From the NCBI GenBank assembly GCA_946541285.1, contig CAMNJG010000001.1, forward strand, positions 1 to 34,747: DNA of 34,747 bases. The letters run 5' to 3'. This document shows, one piece after another, positions 1-9,009 of this stretch. The stretch's first letter is position 1, and every line of letters starts with the position of its first letter. Position numbers and translations under genes: made by a program. Below the pieces are notes generated by a model that was not told the DNA's origin, did not search any database, and saw only the letters and a list, made by a program, of their open reading frames with translations. The DNA is from an uncultured Clostridia bacterium (GTDB lineage: Bacteria; Bacillota; Clostridia; Peptostreptococcales; Anaerovoracaceae).

Positions 1-97
1 GATCGGGAGTATCACGGAGCTGCCGGCACTGATGCGGCAGCTGGCAGGCTGACGGTGCCTGCCACCTCACATTTCCTAAGGAAACACTGATTTAAAG

Positions 98-125
98 ATC
101 CTTCGCTTTCGCTGCGCTCAAGATG
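98..125 (-). repeat. Hairpin with purine-rich GCGAAAGCGA-type loop (copy of the loop family seen at 13105-13184 and 34704-34747)
   Basis: Minus-strand reading ATCTT-GAGCGCAGCGAAAGCGA-AGGAT. The 5-bp stem includes one G-U that only pairs on the minus strand. The loop resembles the other copies by eye. Confidence 0.3.
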
Positions 126-235
126 ACAAATAAGCAGCGGAATCAATCAGCGTTTCCCTGACGCGATCCGAGGGAGTCCCTGCGCTCCCAACCGATACCG
201 GCGGAACGCCGGGCATCATCCGCACACGAATTACG

Positions 236-281
236 CAAAAAGAACCTGCCGGCCACACGGATGTGATGGCTGACAGGTTCG
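236..281 (-). terminator. Rho-independent terminator after the ABC exporter pair
   Basis: Minus strand GAACCTGTCAGCC-N13-GGCCGGCAGGTTC imperfect stem followed by TTTTTGCG, about 25 nt past the stop at 306. Confidence 0.6.
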
Positions 282-305
282 TTTGCATTTCCGTTCTTTT
301 CCGAT

Positions 306-2144
306 TTATTCCTCAAACTGTGAATTGTACAGGTCGGCGTAGAAACCGCCCCTGGCCAGGAGTTCCTCGTGAGTCCCCTGCTCGACGATGTCTCCCTGGT
401 TCATGACCAGGATCCGGTCCGCGTTGCGGATGGTCGACAGCCGGTGGGCGATGATGAAGCTGGTCCGGCCTTCCATCAGGTTGTCCATGGCCTTCTGGAT
501 CAGTTCCTCTGTACGGGTATCGACGGAGGAAGTCGCTTCATCGAGGATCAGCACCCGATTATCTGCCAGGATCGCCCTGGCGATGGTCAGCAGCTGTTTC
601 TGGCCCTGCGAAATATTCGAGGCTTCCTCATTGAGTTCCATATCATAACCGCCCGGAAGGGTCTTGACAAAATGGTGGACATGGGCAGCTTTCGCCGCTT
701 CGATGACTTCTTCGTCCGTCGCGTCCAGCCTGCCGTAGCGGATATTTTCCATGATGGATCCTTTATACAGCCAGGTATCCTGCAGTACCATGCCGAAGTT
801 TTCCCGCAGTTCCGCGCGATTGAAGGAACGGATATCGTGTCCGTCCAGCAGGATGCTCCCGCTGTCCACGTCGTAGAAACGCATCAGCAGCTTGACGATC
901 GTGGTTTTGCCGGCACCGGTCGGCCCGACGATGGCGATTTTCTGCCCGCTGCGGATCTCCGCGCTGAAGTCGCGGATGACCGGCTGATCCGGATCATATC
1001 CGAACCGGATGTGGTCAAAAGTCACATCCCCCCGGACTGCATCCAGATGTACCGGGTTCTCCAGCGTCTGGATTTCCTCATCTTCTCCGAGGAACTCAAA
1101 GATCCGCTCGGATGCCGCCGTCATGGACTGCAGCATATTGATGATATTGGCCATCTGCTGGATCGGCGCGGTCAGGCTCTTGACGTACTGGATGAACGCC
1201 TGGATATCGCCGATGCCGATCACGCCCCGGATCGCCAGGGCTCCGCCCGCGATGGCCACGCCCGCGTAACCGAGATTGCTGACAAAGATCATCAGCGGCT
1301 GCATCAGGCCGGACAGGAACTGGGATTTCCACGCGGATTTGAAGAGTACTTCGTTGACTTCATCGAACTGCTCCATCATGGCTTCTTCCTTACTGAACGC
1401 CTTGATGACCAGCTGTCCGCTGTAGCTTTCTTCCACCTCTCCGTTGATATGTCCCAGGTAATCCTGCTGCATGCGGAAATATTTCTGGGAGAATTTTACC
1501 AGCACCGCGATCAGCACAACGGACAGAGGGATCATGATCAGGGCGATCAGTGTCATCAGCGGGGAAATCGTCAGCATCATAATGATGACGCCCACAATCG
1601 TGCAGATATTCGTGATGACCTGGGCGATGCTCTGGTTCATCCCCATGGCCAGCGTATCGACATCGTTGGTAATGCGGGACAGCACTTCCCCGTAGGTGTG
1701 ACTTTCAAAGTACTTCATCGGCATCCGGTGGATTTTCTCTGAAATATCCCGCCGGAGGCGGATGCTCAGCTTGTTCGTCACACCGGTCATCAGCCATCCC
1801 TGCACGAAATGCATCAGGGAAGCGGTCATATACAGCGCCAGGGTGATCAGGAGAATTTTACCGATATATGGGAAATCAATCCCGCCGGTCCCGGCGATTT
1901 TGGCCATGAGGCCGTCCGCCAGGGCATTGGTCGCTTCCGCCATGACCTTCGGCCCGACCACCGTAAACACCGTGCCGCCGGCGGCAAAGATCATGACGAT
2001 AAAGATCGTAATTTTATAGCTTCCGATATACTTCAGCAGCTTTTTCATCGAACCCCGGAAATCCTTCGGCTTCTCCGCCGGCATGGTCGCTCTGCCGGGG
2101 CCGCGTCTTCCGGCCGGGCGGGCTGGTGTCTGGTTTTCTGCCAT
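306..2144 (-). CDS. ABC exporter half-transporter (fused permease + ATPase), MdlB/LmrA-like
   Basis: 612 aa. ATG at 2144 with AAGGAGG 9 nt upstream. N-terminal multi-TM domain. Walker A GPTGAGKTT, signature ISQGQKQLL, Walker B LILDEATSSVD, H-loop IIAHRLST. Start lies 1 nt after the stop of the partner gene. Confidence 0.9.
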   Translation of the reverse strand: MAENQTPARPAGRRGPGRATMPAEKPKDFRGSMKKLLKYIGSYKITIFIVMIFAAGGTVFTVVGPKVMAEATNALADGLMAKIAGTGGIDFPYIGKILLITLALYMTASLMHFVQGWLMTGVTNKLSIRLRRDISEKIHRMPMKYFESHTYGEVLSRITNDVDTLAMGMNQSIAQVITNICTIVGVIIMMLTISPLMTLIALIMIPLSVVLIAVLVKFSQKYFRMQQDYLGHINGEVEESYSGQLVIKAFSKEEAMMEQFDEVNEVLFKSAWKSQFLSGLMQPLMIFVSNLGYAGVAIAGGALAIRGVIGIGDIQAFIQYVKSLTAPIQQMANIINMLQSMTAASERIFEFLGEDEEIQTLENPVHLDAVRGDVTFDHIRFGYDPDQPVIRDFSAEIRSGQKIAIVGPTGAGKTTIVKLLMRFYDVDSGSILLDGHDIRSFNRAELRENFGMVLQDTWLYKGSIMENIRYGRLDATDEEVIEAAKAAHVHHFVKTLPGGYDMELNEEASNISQGQKQLLTIARAILADNRVLILDEATSSVDTRTEELIQKAMDNLMEGRTSFIIAHRLSTIRNADRILVMNQGDIVEQGTHEELLARGGFYADLYNSQFEE

Positions 2145-2145
2145 C

Positions 2146-4458
2146 TCACTCCGCCTCCTTTCCTTTTCCCAGTTCTTTTTCTGAGAGCTGGGATGACGCG
2201 ATCTCGTGATAGACTTCGCAGGTGCTCAGCAGTTCTTCATGGGTCCCTTTACCGACAATCCTGCCTTCATTCAGGACGATGATCTGGTCCGCGTGCATGA
2301 TCGTGCTGACACGCTGGGCGACGATCACGACGGCGCTGCTGGCGGTACTCTGCGCCAGTTCATGACGCAGTTTCGCGTCGGTTTTCATATCCAGCGCGGA
2401 GAAACTGTCGTCAAACACAAAGATTTCCGGTTTTTTGACGATGGCCCGCGCGATGGCCAGTCTCTGCTTCTGTCCGCCGGATACATTGGTACCGCCCTGG
2501 GCAATCGGAGAATCCAGCTTTTCGGCTTTTTCTTCAATAAATTCACTGGCCTGGGCGATGGCTGCCGCCGTCTCCAGTTCTGCCTGAGACGCGTTTTCAT
2601 CTCCGAAGCGCAGGTTGGAGGCGATGGTTCCGGAGAACAGGACGCCTTTCTGCGGGACATATCCGATCATTTCCCGGAGTTCCCGGATCGGCAGATCCCG
2701 GACATCCACGCCATCCACCGTCACCGATCCCGAAGTAACATCATAGAAACGGGGGATCAGGCTGATCAGTGTGGATTTTCCGGAACCGGTGCTGCCGATC
2801 AGCGCGGTGGTCTTTCCCGGCTCCACCGTAAAGCTGATATCCGACAGGACTTCTTCATCGGCTCCCGGATAGGCAAAGCCTACATGCGAAAACTCAATCC
2901 GGCCTGTTTTCCGCGCGATATGCTTCGGATGCTCCGGTTCCCTGATGCTGGAGCGGGTATTGATGACTTCATCGATCCGCTCTGCCGCGACACCGGCACG
3001 GGGCAGGAAAATGGAGATCATCGTCATCATCAGGAAGGACATGACGATCATCATCGAGTAAGTGATAAACGCCGTCATCGTTCCGATCTGAAGATTCCCC
3101 TGATCGATCCGGTGAGCGGCAACCCATACAATCAGCAATGTCGTCCCGTACATGATCAGGTTCATCCCCGGCATCATGAGGGTCATGGCCCTGCTGGTGA
3201 AGAGCTGCGCGCCGGCCAGTTCTTTATTGGCCTTTTCAAAACGCTGCGATTCCTCTTCTTCACGGCCAAAGGCCCTGATCACCGGCAGTCCGGTGAGGAT
3301 CTCGCGGGAGATCAGGTTCAGCGCGTCGATCAGTTTCTGCATCAGGCGGAATTTGCGGATCGTCGCGCCCATCAGGATGGCGACCAGGACGACAATACAA
3401 ACCACCGCGAGGACGATGATCCATTCCATGCTGGCCCGGGTCTGGACGACCTTCACGATACCGCCGATCCCGAGGATCGGCGCGTACATCAGCATTCTCA
3501 GCAGCATCACGATGACAAGCTGAATCTGCTGGATATCGTTGGTACTCCTGGTGATCAGGGACGCGGTGGAGAAGCGGTTCATTTCCGTGCTGGAAAAGCT
3601 CATGACATTATGGAAGATATCCCTTCTGAGGTTTCTTCCCACCGCAGCGCCTACACCGGAAGCGACATAGGAAACCAGGCAGGGGATCACCAGCATAATC
3701 AGGCAGATCAGTGCCATTTTCCAGAACACAGACCACATGTAGTCCATCTGCAGCCGGTTCATATCCATCCCCGCGTTTTTGTCACAGGAAGCCGCGAAGG
3801 AAGCTCCCATGGAAGTGATCAGCATGCTGCCCATCGTATCAACCATTTTTTCCGTGGTATCCCGCAGCTGTGTCATTGCTTCCGCGCCGGCGCCGGCCTG
3901 TGCCATATTCCGGATCAGTGGTTTCATGTCCACATAGGTGATCCGCTCGTTATCCTCATTTTCCTCCTGAAACGAGGAAATTTCGATATTCAGCAGACTG
4001 CCCAGCTCATCCAGGGACATGCTTTCCACCTGCTCCGCCATGGCGCTCATTTCCGGTGTCTGGCGCAGCATCCCGGCGACCATCTCCCGGAACTGCTGTT
4101 CTGTAGTATGGGAGGTTTCATAATCCATCAGCAGCGGGATCAGCAGTTCTTTATCCAGCTGATCCAGTGCCGCCTCGTCATCGGTGTTTCTCACATAGAT
4201 ACTGCCTTCTGCGGTGAAACTTTCCTCCCAGGCGGCTTTTTCACGGTCGGTCATAAACATTTCGGCTGCCTCAAAATCATCGGATGTGATTTTTGCCGGG
4301 ACGATGTGGGAGACCCCTTTGTTGGTAATCCCGACGTCGATGATATCCGATGTATACTGAGGAAGCGCCAGGTCACAGAATGCCATGACCACCATCAGCA
4401 CGGTAAGCAGCAGCACCTGTAACCAGTATGGTTTCAGTGTTTTCAGTATTTTCCTCAT
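2146..4458 (-). CDS. ABC exporter half-transporter with ~200-aa insertion between TM1 and TM2 (partner of 306-2144)
   Basis: Walker A GSTGSGKST, signature VSGGQKQRLAIARA, Walker B FVFDDSFSALD, H-loop VAQRVST. The ORF opens at 4488, but that ATG has AGGA directly abutting it. The ATG at 4458 (MRKILKTL) has AGAGG 5-6 nt upstream, so 4458 is preferred. Confidence 0.85.
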   Translation of the reverse strand: MRKILKTLKPYWLQVLLLTVLMVVMAFCDLALPQYTSDIIDVGITNKGVSHIVPAKITSDDFEAAEMFMTDREKAAWEESFTAEGSIYVRNTDDEAALDQLDKELLIPLLMDYETSHTTEQQFREMVAGMLRQTPEMSAMAEQVESMSLDELGSLLNIEISSFQEENEDNERITYVDMKPLIRNMAQAGAGAEAMTQLRDTTEKMVDTMGSMLITSMGASFAASCDKNAGMDMNRLQMDYMWSVFWKMALICLIMLVIPCLVSYVASGVGAAVGRNLRRDIFHNVMSFSSTEMNRFSTASLITRSTNDIQQIQLVIVMLLRMLMYAPILGIGGIVKVVQTRASMEWIIVLAVVCIVVLVAILMGATIRKFRLMQKLIDALNLISREILTGLPVIRAFGREEEESQRFEKANKELAGAQLFTSRAMTLMMPGMNLIMYGTTLLIVWVAAHRIDQGNLQIGTMTAFITYSMMIVMSFLMMTMISIFLPRAGVAAERIDEVINTRSSIREPEHPKHIARKTGRIEFSHVGFAYPGADEEVLSDISFTVEPGKTTALIGSTGSGKSTLISLIPRFYDVTSGSVTVDGVDVRDLPIRELREMIGYVPQKGVLFSGTIASNLRFGDENASQAELETAAAIAQASEFIEEKAEKLDSPIAQGGTNVSGGQKQRLAIARAIVKKPEIFVFDDSFSALDMKTDAKLRHELAQSTASSAVVIVAQRVSTIMHADQIIVLNEGRIVGKGTHEELLSTCEVYHEIASSQLSEKELGKGKEAE

Positions 4459-4502
4459 GAATACCTCTGAAAGCGCGACCGCTTTCATTCCTTCAACTTA
4501 AT

Positions 4503-4543
4503 ACAAAAGAAACGCTGATAGTTCTTCGGAAATTATCAGCGTC
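4503..4543 (-). terminator. Rho-independent terminator after yjbQ
   Basis: Minus strand ACGCTGATA-N13-TATCAGCGT 9-bp perfect stem followed by TTCTTTTGT. Confidence 0.75.
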
Positions 4544-4574
4544 CCTCTTAAAATCATCCGTTATCAGGAGTCCC

Positions 4575-5015
4575 TTAACGGGTACCGTCCTGAAGCAGCT
4601 TTACATAAACAGTTCTGGTCCGGTGTCCGTCAAATTCCATGAAATACACGCCCTGCCACTGTCCCAGCAACAGTTTTTTATTACGGACAATCATGACCTC
4701 GGAAGTCCCGATCATGGAAGATTTTACATGCGCGGCGGTATTGCCCTCCACGTGCAGGTAACCGTTTTCCCACGGAACGATTTCGTTGAATTCCTTTTTC
4801 ATGTCGATCTGGACAGCCGGGTCCGCGTTTTCATTGATCGTCACAGCCGCAGTCGTATGCGGGATAAAGACTGTACATAGTCCTGAGGATACGCCGCTGA
4901 AGGCCACGATCTCCTGGAGTCTTTCGGTGATATTGATCATCTGTGTATGCTCATAGGTCTCCAGCTCAAATCGATACAGATTTCCTCCGATATACTCGAA
5001 ATTTTTCTCTGACAT
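4575..5015 (-). CDS. yjbQ: YjbQ/UPF0047 family protein (secondary thiamine-phosphate synthase family)
   Basis: 146 aa. AAAGGAG RBS 9 nt upstream. Family-typical motifs HTTAAVTINENADP and HVKSSMIGTS. Confidence 0.8.
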   Translation of the reverse strand: MSEKNFEYIGGNLYRFELETYEHTQMINITERLQEIVAFSGVSSGLCTVFIPHTTAAVTINENADPAVQIDMKKEFNEIVPWENGYLHVEGNTAAHVKSSMIGTSEVMIVRNKKLLLGQWQGVYFMEFDGHRTRTVYVKLLQDGTR

Positions 5016-5229
5016 GATAATATCTCCTTTTCCCTGACAGGGATTGCTTTAGTTTTTGCCGATACGGCGGAAGCCGGACCGGAAAGGAACCGCTGCCGCG
5101 TTCCTGATTTTCAATTAAGTAATATACCCGGTTGGACAGTTGTCAAACATCTGTGGCAGGACAGAATGTACGACCCGCTGTTCACTGCCAGTGCATGGGA
5201 TGGAGCCTGAAAACAGCTCCAACGCGCGA

Positions 5230-6030
5230 TCAGATCTTCAGGAACACAGGGGTGCGCTCCACAAAATAGCAGGTTTCCGTAAATCCTGCCGCTTTCAGGA
5301 TCTGTTCCAGCAACGGGAAATCCCTGCCGACATCCTCACTGACATGCGCGTCAGAACCGACAGTGATCAGCTTTCCGCCCAGCTCCCGGTAACGGCGGAT
5401 GACATCCGGATGCGGATTGGGAAAGCCCAGTCCCTTGCGGATACCGGCGGAGTTGACCTCCAGCGCGATATCATGGCGGATCAGCAGCTTCAGGATTTCG
5501 TCGATGATCTCCCCGTACCGGCGGAAGCTGTATTCCCCGGCCCCGTTCTGTCCGTAACGGACGACATAATCCAGGTGTCCCAGGGTATCCGCGTCATGGA
5601 AAGCCTGAAGGTTCTCATACGTCTCTTCAAAGTATTTCCGGAATACACCGGCATCTCCGTATTCCTCAAAGATTTCCGGATAATACGGATCCTTTTTTTC
5701 TACGAGATGCTGGGAACTGATCGCGTAGTCAAAGGGATACTTCTGCAGGAGTTCACGGTACCGGTCCCCCAGCTGCGGCTGCATTCCCAGTTCCACTCCC
5801 TTCAGGATCCGGATCCGGCTGCTGTAGCGCTCCTGGAGGGATGCGATTTCTTCCATATACTGATCCACATCATAGTCAAAAATCATCTCCGGGATCGGGA
5901 AATCCCAGTCGATATGATCCGTAAAGCACATCACCGGAAGACCGGTTTCCACCGCGCGCTTCACCTGGTTTTCCATCAGTTCCTGTGAATCAAAGGAGTA
6001 CTGACTGTGTAAATGGATATCCGCGAACAT
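5230..6030 (-). CDS. PHP-domain phosphoesterase (histidinol-phosphatase family)
   Basis: 266 aa. PHP metal-ligand motifs DIHLHSQYSFDS, FTDHID, GHLDY, EVNSAG, GSDAH. AAAGGAA RBS. Confidence 0.8.
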   Translation of the reverse strand: MFADIHLHSQYSFDSQELMENQVKRAVETGLPVMCFTDHIDWDFPIPEMIFDYDVDQYMEEIASLQERYSSRIRILKGVELGMQPQLGDRYRELLQKYPFDYAISSQHLVEKKDPYYPEIFEEYGDAGVFRKYFEETYENLQAFHDADTLGHLDYVVRYGQNGAGEYSFRRYGEIIDEILKLLIRHDIALEVNSAGIRKGLGFPNPHPDVIRRYRELGGKLITVGSDAHVSEDVGRDFPLLEQILKAAGFTETCYFVERTPVFLKI

Positions 6031-6114
6031 AGTTTTCCTTTCTTTTCTTCTGTGCTGTCACTCAGACTATCCCGGGCCGGACATCCCCGGCCGGTATCAT
6101 CATCCGCGATTCCC

Positions 6115-6159
6115 CAAAAAACAGCCCCGGAAGCAGGAACATGCCGCCGGGGAACTGTT
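6115..6159 (-). terminator. Rho-independent terminator ending the suf operon
   Basis: Minus strand CAGTTCCCCGG-N18-CCGGGGCTG stem followed by TTTTTT, starting ~17 nt after the sufU stop. Confidence 0.75.
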
Positions 6160-6175
6160 TTACCGTTTTGACTGA

Positions 6176-6646
6176 TCAGTCCTGATCGTCGTCTTTTTCA
6201 AAATTATGCTCATGTTCATGAGCTTCATCTTTAATGATTTCGTTGAACGTTCTCCAGCCAAGCTGCACACATTTGACACGCGCCGGCATGTGGGAAACAT
6301 TCTGGAGCGCGGCGGCTTCATCCAGGGACTCGATTTCTTCATCTGTCGCCTCGCCTTTGATCATGCGCATGAAAATATCCGCCAGCGCTTTTGCTTCGTC
6401 CTCTTTTTTACCGATGATCAGATCCAGCATCATGTCCGCTGAAGCCTGGGATACCGCGCATCCGCTTCCGTTAAACGACCCGTCCTCAATGATTCCGTCA
6501 TTCACCTTCAGCTGGAGCGTGATATCGTCTCCGCAGCTGGGATTGACTCCCCGGAGCTTCAGGTTCGCGTCCTCCAGGTCATGCTTGTGTGTCGGATGCA
6601 GATTGTGTTCGTTGACAATCTCCCGATACAGCTGCTTAAGATCCAT
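6176..6646 (-). CDS. sufU: SUF-system Fe-S cluster scaffold/sulfur acceptor SufU
   Basis: 156 aa. Motifs NPSCGDDITL, GSGCAVSQASADMM, RVKCVQL. Overlaps the sufS stop by 11 nt. Confidence 0.9.
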   Translation of the reverse strand: MDLKQLYREIVNEHNLHPTHKHDLEDANLKLRGVNPSCGDDITLQLKVNDGIIEDGSFNGSGCAVSQASADMMLDLIIGKKEDEAKALADIFMRMIKGEATDEEIESLDEAAALQNVSHMPARVKCVQLGWRTFNEIIKDEAHEHEHNFEKDDDQD

Positions 6647-7850
6647 AACCGAGTTCCTCTCTGACTTTTTTCAGGCTTTCCGCGAAACGGTGTACCTCTT
6701 CCAAAGTGTTATAAAAATACAGGCTGGCCCTGCAGGTGGCATTGACGCCCATGTACTGCATCAGTGGCTGCGCGCAGTGATGGCCCGCGCGGATGCAGAT
6801 ATGGTCCGCGTCCAGGATGGAGGACACATCATGCGGATGGCAGTCCTTGATATTGAACGTTACGATGCCACAGTGCGCCGCCGGATCCTCTGATCCGTAA
6901 ACCTCCACTTCCGGGATGGCTTTCATTTCTTCCAGAAGAGCGGCCGTCAGTTCTTTTTCCCGCGCTTCGATATAATCAAAGCCTACCTGCTGCAGATAAT
7001 CAATCGCCGCCGCCAGGCCGACTGCTCCCGCGGCATTGACGGTACCGGCCTCAAACTTATGTGGCACTTCCGCGTAGGTGGCATCTTCGCGGGTCACGTA
7101 TTCGATCATTTCACCACCGGTCAGGAACGGAGGCATGGCTTCCAGCAGTTCCTGCTTCGCGTACAGAACGCCGATTCCCATCGGTCCCAGCATCTTGTGG
7201 CCTGAGAATACGAAAAAGTCCGCATCCATATCCTGGACATCTACTTTCATATGAGGGGCGCTCTGCGCGCCGTCCACAACGATGACGGCCCCGACTTTGT
7301 GTGCCATCTCCGCGATCTTCTTCACCGGTTTCGGCTGCCCCAGCACATTGGATACCTGGGCGATGGCCACAACCTTTGTCTTTTCACCGATTTTGGCAGA
7401 CAGCTCCTCATCGGAGTATACGCCTGCCTGGTCACACTCAAGCCACACCAGCTTCGCGCCGGTTTCCCGGGCGATCATCTGCCACGGCAGGATGTTGCTG
7501 TGGTGTTCGGATACCGCGACAACAATTTCGTCATCTTTGCGGATATTTGTCCGGCCCCAGCTGTAAGCGATCAGATTAAGGGATTCCGTGGTATTTCTGG
7601 TAAACACGATCTCGGACGCGCGTTTCGCGTTGATGAACGAAGCAACCTTCGCTCTCGCGTTCTCGTAATCCTCTGTCGCCGCGATACTCCATTCGTAGAG
7701 TCCGCGCAGCGGATTGGCATTATCCTTTTTGTAGAACTCCGTGATGGCGTCCATCACCTGGACCGGACGCTGGGATGTCGCCGCCGTGTCGAAATAGATA
7801 TACTCCCGGTTCTGCAGAATCGGGAAATCCTTTATATAATCATTACTCAT
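6636..7850 (-). CDS. sufS: Cysteine desulfurase SufS
   Basis: PLP-lysine motif FSGHKMLGP and catalytic RAGHHCAQP. The track ORF starts at a TTG (7859). The ATG at 7850 (MSNDYIKDF) with GAGGAGG upstream is preferred. Overlaps the sufD stop. Confidence 0.9.
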   Translation of the reverse strand: MSNDYIKDFPILQNREYIYFDTAATSQRPVQVMDAITEFYKKDNANPLRGLYEWSIAATEDYENARAKVASFINAKRASEIVFTRNTTESLNLIAYSWGRTNIRKDDEIVVAVSEHHSNILPWQMIARETGAKLVWLECDQAGVYSDEELSAKIGEKTKVVAIAQVSNVLGQPKPVKKIAEMAHKVGAVIVVDGAQSAPHMKVDVQDMDADFFVFSGHKMLGPMGIGVLYAKQELLEAMPPFLTGGEMIEYVTREDATYAEVPHKFEAGTVNAAGAVGLAAAIDYLQQVGFDYIEAREKELTAALLEEMKAIPEVEVYGSEDPAAHCGIVTFNIKDCHPHDVSSILDADHICIRAGHHCAQPLMQYMGVNATCRASLYFYNTLEEVHRFAESLKKVREELGYGS

Positions 7851-9009
7851 GATCGCCAAAAGCCTCCTCGATAAAATCAGAAATCTTATCTACTGTCTCT
7901 GTATCAGGAATCATATGAGCAACACTCAGCAGTCTGCCGCGTGTCATGAGCATCTCCGCGTCTTCCTTGGCGATCCCTCTTGTCCCCAGATAGAACATGA
8001 TATCCTCGGAAAGATTGCCGATGGTCGCGCCGTGTCTGCCGTCCACTTCTTCTTCTTCCGTCAGGATGACCGGAACGGTTTTGTTGACGACACCCGGATC
8101 GAAAATGAGCACATCCTCCTGCTCATCTCCGACGGAGCCTTTCGATCCTTTGCGGAAATCAATCGTCCCGCGGAATACCTTGAAGGCCTCATCTCTCAGG
8201 GAACCCTTGACATAGATTTTGCTGTCGGTATTTTTTCCGCGCTGGGCTGCCACATAGTTGATGTCCATCAGGTGATCCCTGTTGACCATATAGCCTGTGT
8301 TGACCGTAAAGATGGAATGATCCCCACACTGATCCGCGTAGCATCCGGTATAGGTCTTCGCTCCGCCCAGTTCCATCTGGACAAAATCAAAGACCGCGTT
8401 TTCTCCGAGTACTGCCGCGGAGTCATCGAGTACGACAAATCCACTGCCAAGCAGATTCACCTTCATCAGGCGGACATGCGCGCCCTCCTCCAGGATGACC
8501 TTGGTCTCAAAAGCACAGTGGCCTGCCGCGTCCCTGTCAGACAGATAATTCAGCAGGAACGTCGCCTCGGATCCTTTCTTCGCGTAGATAATCTGCTGGG
8601 CGGCTGCTCTGGCGCCTTTCCCGAAGTCCCAGGAAAGGATCACCGGCTTTTCCGGTTTCTGATTTTCTTCCAGCGTAAAGACGGTCGTCTCCGGCACCAG
8701 CTTTCCGATCAGTTCGGTATAATCCCCGCCCAGACCGGTCGCGAACGCCTGTGCCTGATAAATCGCTGATTTCGCGGCAATGTATGCTTCTCTTCTGATC
8801 CCCTGTGTAAAACCATCTGCCCAGGCAGTGGCTTCCGGGGTCGCTTTGGTTTCTGTGCTGACCTGCTCTGTATTCGCTGACGTGAAAACCGCTTCATCGC
8901 TGACGGCCGGGAGGCTGTCCAGATCGACATACGCGCGGTTTACGCCCAGTCTGTTCCATGTAAGAGACGGCAGACGATTTACGATCACACTGTTCCTGTT
9001 TTCCGTCAT
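7843..9009 (-). CDS. sufD: Fe-S cluster assembly protein SufD
   Basis: 388 aa. C-terminal SufB/D beta-helix signature GATIGNLSEDIMFYLGTRGI. TAATG overlap with the sufB stop. Confidence 0.85.
   Translation of the reverse strand: MTENRNSVIVNRLPSLTWNRLGVNRAYVDLDSLPAVSDEAVFTSANTEQVSTETKATPEATAWADGFTQGIRREAYIAAKSAIYQAQAFATGLGGDYTELIGKLVPETTVFTLEENQKPEKPVILSWDFGKGARAAAQQIIYAKKGSEATFLLNYLSDRDAAGHCAFETKVILEEGAHVRLMKVNLLGSGFVVLDDSAAVLGENAVFDFVQMELGGAKTYTGCYADQCGDHSIFTVNTGYMVNRDHLMDINYVAAQRGKNTDSKIYVKGSLRDEAFKVFRGTIDFRKGSKGSVGDEQEDVLIFDPGVVNKTVPVILTEEEEVDGRHGATIGNLSEDIMFYLGTRGIAKEDAEMLMTRGRLLSVAHMIPDTETVDKISDFIEEAFGDHE

Noticed and set aside
369-4422. Long plus-strand ORFs (369-1742, 2206-4422) antisense to the ABC exporter genes
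   Set aside because: They are shadow ORFs of GC-rich coding sequence. Their products are low-complexity and R/H/D/G/Q-rich, they lack RBSs, and the opposite strand has unmistakable ABC motifs.
5016-5140. Possible TPP riboswitch ahead of yjbQ (thiamine-related family)
   Set aside because: No CUGAGA or ACCUGAUCUGGAUAAUGCCAGCG-like TPP consensus was found. Only short generic hairpins are present.
5140-5988. 282-aa plus-strand ORF overlapping the PHP phosphatase gene
   Set aside because: It is antisense shadow. The minus-strand frame carries the full set of PHP metal-binding motifs.
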